Part shown: positions 55,264 to 59,743 of the stretch, one piece after another
Position numbering within the stretch: the first letter of the stretch is position 1
Layout of the letters: each line of letters opens with the position of its first letter
Virus record (IMG/VR): IMGVR_UViG_3300015263_000360
Span: 1-59,743 of that record
DNA length: 59,743 nucleotides
From: a virus
Lineage: Duplodnaviria > Caudoviricetes
Direction: 5' to 3' (one strand)
Program-made: the position numbers and the translations under genes
Notes under the pieces: generated by a model
The model's database searches: none
Seen by the model: the letters and a program-made list of their open reading frames with translations, nothing else
Told to the model about the DNA's origin: nothing

Positions 55264-55407
55264 CAACGAGGAGCGGGCATAACTTGAATCCCTCCTTCCC
55301 GCCACTCGTGGGTCCCATTGGATGTCCCTCCCGCCAGTGGTTTGACCTGAATATCACTGCCTGGGGTTCTTCGGAGCCCCAGGTCTCTCCTCTCGTGGAG
55401 GTATAAC

Positions 55408-55749
55408 ATGGCCACAGCCACCACAGCGCAATCGCTACCTGACAAGGTATGGGCTGGCACCACCCCGCTTGGTAAGTGGGTAGATGTAATCATTTTGAAT
55501 GCAGTCAACTCCTACACAGCTTCTTATACAGCACCTGATAATGCAAAGTTTGCAGTGATCGCCGCAAACAACCCGGTATATGTAAAGAGCGGAGGCACCG
55601 CTGCTGTGCCGGTCGCGGCGATTGTTGACGGAAGTGGATCGCAGTATGTTTCTGTTGGACTCCAGGTTCGTTTAGAGTCTAGTAGCACTGTGGGATTTAT
55701 TGCTGCCTCGTCCACTGACACTATCGTTACAATCACGGTCTATCGTTAA
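55408..55749 (+). CDS. Small beta-rich virion protein
   Basis: GGAGG RBS; beta-strand pattern. Confidence 0.6.
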   Translation: MATATTAQSLPDKVWAGTTPLGKWVDVIILNAVNSYTASYTAPDNAKFAVIAANNPVYVKSGGTAAVPVAAIVDGSGSQYVSVGLQVRLESSSTVGFIAASSTDTIVTITVYR

Positions 55750-56843
55750 TGCTCCCATTGCCTGGAGATGTACTAGCCCCAGGAGGGGGAGGTGGCGGAG
55801 GGGCTGGCGATATTGTCGGTCCCGCCTCTAGCACCGACAATGCCATCGTTCGCTATGATGGAACCACTGGGAAGCTGTTACAGAACAGCGACGTTACGAT
55901 CGCGGAACCATCAGCGGGTGCCGTCGTCATTGGCACTACGGGCTCAGCTTACAAGATCAACATTGGTTATCCAGGGCTGGGAATAGATGGAGCGAATGGA
56001 TCCTTCTATCCCGCTTCTGGCCAGTTTCGTTTCGACGGCAACATTGGATTCAACGGTACAATCTGGCTCGGATCGTCTAATGACGTTGCCATTGAGCGCT
56101 CCGCCGCGAACGTCCTGAAGGTCACGGATGGGAGCACTGGGTACGGAAATCTCTTAGTAGACAACATTAACTTCAATGATGGCGGCACATGGACTGCGGC
56201 TAACCCGTACTTCAACGTGGATGGTAGTACTCCAGGGAATCTTCAACTAAAAACGAATGGCGGCGTCTATGGCTCCCGCCTGGATATTTTTTCTGGAGGC
56301 AACACCCAATCCATTCGCGTAGACGGGAACGCCAACATGATTGGCATGGTTCCGACCGCTAAAATCTATTGGAGTGATACTGCGGGTAACCCAGACTACA
56401 ACTCGCTTGGGTCATTGGCGTTGAAGCGGCTTGGTGACGGTCAGCTTGCTATTACTGGGGCAACAAAACTGAACGAGCCGTCCACTAATATCAAAATGGC
56501 AATGACCACCGTCAATCTCACGGGTGCCTCCACCACCGCAACGGGCCTGTTCCCGGCCAAGTCGTACCATCTTGGAGTTACAGCCAGAATCACCACTGGA
56601 GTCACGAGCGGCGATGGTGGAACAAGCATCGACGTGGGAGACGGGACGGACGTGGATAGGTACGCAGCCGCTCTAGGATTCACCGTCAACGGGACCGTTG
56701 ATATGTCCCTTGCCACCGCCGATCCCACTGGGTGGCTTTCTGGTGCAGGGGACGTTGTGTTCACATGCAACGCAGGCACCTTCTCAGGCGGCGTGGTTAG
56801 AGTGGTTGCTCACTATATAGATCTGTCCCCACCAACATCGTAA
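55749..56843 (+). CDS. Tail fibre-like protein
   Basis: GGGGG-GDIVGPASSTDNAIVRYDGTTGKLLQNS fibre motif; Gly/Thr/Asn-rich. Confidence 0.7.
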   Translation: MLPLPGDVLAPGGGGGGGAGDIVGPASSTDNAIVRYDGTTGKLLQNSDVTIAEPSAGAVVIGTTGSAYKINIGYPGLGIDGANGSFYPASGQFRFDGNIGFNGTIWLGSSNDVAIERSAANVLKVTDGSTGYGNLLVDNINFNDGGTWTAANPYFNVDGSTPGNLQLKTNGGVYGSRLDIFSGGNTQSIRVDGNANMIGMVPTAKIYWSDTAGNPDYNSLGSLALKRLGDGQLAITGATKLNEPSTNIKMAMTTVNLTGASTTATGLFPAKSYHLGVTARITTGVTSGDGGTSIDVGDGTDVDRYAAALGFTVNGTVDMSLATADPTGWLSGAGDVVFTCNAGTFSGGVVRVVAHYIDLSPPTS

Positions 56844-56853
56844 GGAGAAACAA

Positions 56854-57135
56854 ATGTCTAGAGTGGTTCCAAGTTATACAGTGTTAGATCCCACAATTTC
56901 TGATATCTCCCAAGTGGTGATTCGTAAGGAAGTTGTGGATGATGAACAGGGAGGCACCACAAATGAGCTTCGCTTGTCTGTGTATTACACTCTGCAAGCA
57001 GATGCACCAGATGTGGATGTGGATCAGAAGTTTGAATCCTATTCCGTCCAGCTAGCCGGTGCTGCGAAGACATCGCTAGTGAACTTCATTAACAGCAACG
57101 CAATTCCTGGAATCAAGGCTCAGGAAGGTCTGTGA
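56854..57135 (+). CDS. Hypothetical protein (fibre-associated?)
   Basis: AAGGAG RBS. Confidence 0.65.
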   Translation: MSRVVPSYTVLDPTISDISQVVIRKEVVDDEQGGTTNELRLSVYYTLQADAPDVDVDQKFESYSVQLAGAAKTSLVNFINSNAIPGIKAQEGL

Positions 57136-57407
57136 TTGTATTTGCTCTTGCTGCATTGGCTGACATTCTTACAACACATGTTGTTGGAAAGAGTGGTGGC
57201 GTGGAGGGCCACCCCTTGCTACGCAAGGTTCCGTCCAAGCTGCGCTGGGTGGTCCAGGTTGCAGCGTATGCAGCGATAGCGCTAATGATTTACGACATGC
57301 CCGAATGGGTGGCCTTACTCGTGGCACTCCTTCCGGCAAGCACTGCAACAAATAACGCGGTACGATACTGGAGGCATCATGTTAAATCCGTTTCTTCAAG
57401 AACTTAA
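57132..57407 (+). CDS. Small membrane protein
   Basis: AD.LTT...GG.E.HP motif and hydrophobic helices. Confidence 0.6.
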   Translation: MIVFALAALADILTTHVVGKSGGVEGHPLLRKVPSKLRWVVQVAAYAAIALMIYDMPEWVALLVALLPASTATNNAVRYWRHHVKSVSSRT

Positions 57408-57798
57408 GCGAAGAGGACTTCTAGATCCCGCAGAGTATCCTCCTCAGAAGGTTTCTAGGCCATCCGTGGTGAAGAGAAGCCAGGAGAATCAGCTAGCAGG
57501 TCTTAAGGCCCTCCTTGATGCGGAAGGTAACTTTGTATGGACAAAGACCCCGGAAGCTGACCCGCGTGGTCGTGGGCTATACCCCACCCTTACCTGGGTC
57601 ATGGCTTGGTACGATGGCGCTCTAGGGTTTGGATATCAGCCAGAGGACATTGGTTTCTACCCGCATGATCTGTATGAAGCATGGCATGACTTTGTAGAGG
57701 AGCATTGGCCAGGAGATAAGCGTAATAACTTCCTTCTGGAGAATGTAACCTTTGAGCACAGAATGCCTTTTGATGCAGACTTCGTTTTTCCAGGCTAA
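57379..57798 (+). CDS. Hypothetical protein
   Basis: GGAGG RBS. Confidence 0.65.
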   Translation: MLNPFLQELKRRGLLDPAEYPPQKVSRPSVVKRSQENQLAGLKALLDAEGNFVWTKTPEADPRGRGLYPTLTWVMAWYDGALGFGYQPEDIGFYPHDLYEAWHDFVEEHWPGDKRNNFLLENVTFEHRMPFDADFVFPG

Positions 57799-57801
57799 CG
57801 C

Positions 57802-58674
57802 ATGACCCTAATAGCTACCAACGCGCTGTCGTTTATTGCGACCACATATGGTGAGTTGCCCACCACGGGTGCCGCGCCTGTTGGTAGCATGGGGTATGTA
57901 ACTGGCACGGGGAAGGTATACTACAGCACAAATGGAACCTGGGTGGAGCTCACCTCTGGAGGAGGCCCTGGCTTCCCATCTTACAACACGCCACCCACCT
58001 CTCCATCTGCTTATGACGATGAGTTCATTGGCGGTTCTCTGGACGGGAAATGGAGTGCAGTGTCGGTTGGCACTACAAATCCGATAGCTTCTGGCACTGT
58101 AAACCCACTAAGCTCTTTGACCACGCCGATCTACGATCTCACTTCTCAGAACAGTTGGATTCTGTTCCAGTCGGACAACTCCACAGTGCAAACATTTGGT
58201 TTGCAGCAGTCAATCACTCCAGACACCTCTGCCACTCTTCATTTCAAGTTCTCGATTGATGCACGATCGGTTTCTGGCGCTGGAGAGGGCGGAATGTATT
58301 TTAACCTCATCAACACGGGGGACTCTAACGAGGGCGCTGGCGTGTACATGCAGAGCACCGGCACTGGATACAGAGGTAGATTGCGAGTGAGCAATAACGG
58401 TGCCGTTAGCGAAAGCACCACTGTAACTATGTCCGAAGCCTCGTTTGTTCCGGAGTTCCACTTAGTCCTTTGGAAAAGCAGCAACACTTATTACATGGGC
58501 TACACTTCTGGTGACGGTCTTCCTGGTGTGCTCGGGCCGGTTACGAAAACAGGCGTGACCACGTTTGATGCTGTGGAGGTGGGTTGCTACACGGCAAATG
58601 AGACTCCGAGCATTATCTATGGACTCGACTTTTTTAGGTACTACAATTCAATTAAGATGGGATTGATGAACTGA
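57802..58674 (+). CDS. Fibre/spike protein with lectin-like (concanavalin-type) domain
   Basis: N-terminal LP...G.M.YV...Y...GTW fibre motif; DDEF.G.SLD.KW ... DFFR. Confidence 0.6.
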   Translation: MTLIATNALSFIATTYGELPTTGAAPVGSMGYVTGTGKVYYSTNGTWVELTSGGGPGFPSYNTPPTSPSAYDDEFIGGSLDGKWSAVSVGTTNPIASGTVNPLSSLTTPIYDLTSQNSWILFQSDNSTVQTFGLQQSITPDTSATLHFKFSIDARSVSGAGEGGMYFNLINTGDSNEGAGVYMQSTGTGYRGRLRVSNNGAVSESTTVTMSEASFVPEFHLVLWKSSNTYYMGYTSGDGLPGVLGPVTKTGVTTFDAVEVGCYTANETPSIIYGLDFFRYYNSIKMGLMN

Positions 58675-58681
58675 GGTAAGC

Positions 58682-59143
58682 ATGGCACAGGCTAACGTGT
58701 ACTTCTATGTGGTTGTAGATGAGGGTGCTGGAGAGAACAATGTGGTGGCTGGTAGCCGCAACACTCCTTATGCGGTTTCTTTAACTGGGCCATCAGTTTA
58801 TACAAAGAGATTCGAGGCTGTGGACACTTCCACGACACCGGCAACACTTCTTACCTTGGGTGCAAGTGGGAATTTGGCCGCAGCCTCACTGGTTTTAATT
58901 CGTGCCTCTGTTGCTGGCGTGCTTACCTGGGTTGGAACAGACGACTCGGGCACGTACAAGGACACGAGTGCGCTAGGGATTCCTGCGAATTGTTGGCAGC
59001 CAATCTTCACAGACGACACGGCGGAGCACGACGACGACACAGGTATTAACAGAGCCTTAAACACGGTTCAAAACATTACCGCCTTCTACTTTAAGGCCAA
59101 CACTGGCACTTCAGTGGACATCGAGGTAAAGGCATATGCGTAA
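58682..59143 (+). CDS. Beta-rich putative virion protein
   Basis: GAGG RBS; 153 aa. Confidence 0.6.
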   Translation: MAQANVYFYVVVDEGAGENNVVAGSRNTPYAVSLTGPSVYTKRFEAVDTSTTPATLLTLGASGNLAAASLVLIRASVAGVLTWVGTDDSGTYKDTSALGIPANCWQPIFTDDTAEHDDDTGINRALNTVQNITAFYFKANTGTSVDIEVKAYA

Positions 59144-59173
59144 CGGTATCATTATAGACACGGAGGTTTAACC

Positions 59174-59740
59174 ATGCCTAGATTAACAGATCCTGAAGTG
59201 GGTACGTCGTGGTCCGGATATGTCCGGAAAAGAAAGGGTGGCATGCAACCCACTCTGCCGCCAGAGCCTCTCCAGGCTGAAGCCGCTCCTAATCCAAGTC
59301 CTTGGAACATGGAACCAGGAGTGGTGAATCAGATGCGAGACTTCTTGCGCTCTCGAGGTCTCGGTAAGAAAAATGTGAGAAACGCCATGCAGAACTTCTT
59401 GCAGGGTAACGGACTAGGAGCTGCTGCTGGGTTCCTTGGCGGGGACCTTGGAGGTCTGTATGATGCGGCTCCTGGTATTCTGAAGGGTTACGAGCCTCAA
59501 CAGCTTCTGGACCGCGCTCGTGAGGAGTATGCCAATCAGACAGGTCTGCGCCCCACGATTATGGAGGACAGAGTTTCTCCTGCCACGCGCGAAGCTGCCA
59601 GCTCTGGCGATCCCAACCAAGGCGGGGTGGTCCCTGGCGAGAAGAGAAAGCGGCAGCGTCCTCCGGCCTCCGAGCCTTCGGAGCCTAAGCCACGCCCTGG
59701 AAGCAAGAGAGCTAGAGAGCTAGCGCGGGAGAGAGGCTAA
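59174..59740 (+). CDS. Low-complexity Pro/Gly/Arg-rich hypothetical protein
   Basis: GGAGG RBS; coupled to ORF 141 across the circular junction. Confidence 0.7.
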   Translation: MPRLTDPEVGTSWSGYVRKRKGGMQPTLPPEPLQAEAAPNPSPWNMEPGVVNQMRDFLRSRGLGKKNVRNAMQNFLQGNGLGAAAGFLGGDLGGLYDAAPGILKGYEPQQLLDRAREEYANQTGLRPTIMEDRVSPATREAASSGDPNQGGVVPGEKRKRQRPPASEPSEPKPRPGSKRARELARERG

Positions 59741-59743
59741 TGG
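59600..59743. repeat. Terminal direct repeat (copy of 1-144)
   Basis: Exact match to window start. Confidence 0.97.

Overview
The window appears to be a complete ~59.6 kb dsDNA phage genome with a podovirus-like gene set. Bases 1-144 are repeated exactly at 59600-59743, consistent with a circular or circularly permuted assembly. The + strand (53.6 kb through the junction to 27.8 kb) carries the virion and lysis genes: decoration and tail-fibre-like genes, three low-complexity Pro/Gly/Gln proteins, terminase subunits, portal, scaffold, major capsid, adaptor/nozzle, ejection proteins including a 2881-aa protein, and a lysozyme cassette. The - strand (53.3 kb to 27.8 kb) carries early and middle genes: NADAR- and SLOG-like proteins, amidoligase plus class II glutamine amidotransferase, Sak4-like ATPase/SSB/exonuclease, 13 tRNAs, phiEco32-type COOH-NH2 ligase, RtcB, primase-polymerase/helicase, RusA, DUF5664 and a HAD phosphatase. 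I see no integrase, replicative DNA polymerase, CRISPR array or reverse transcriptase. The most novel-looking locus is 34.6-40.8 kb. There the tRNA array is interleaved with two large, highly base-paired non-coding segments (~380 and ~300 nt) and two smaller ones that I cannot assign to known RNA classes, and it runs directly into a COOH-NH2 ligase and an RtcB with a Cys4 insertion. All family assignments come from motif recognition by eye and all RNA structures from manual pairing; no searches or folding programs were run.
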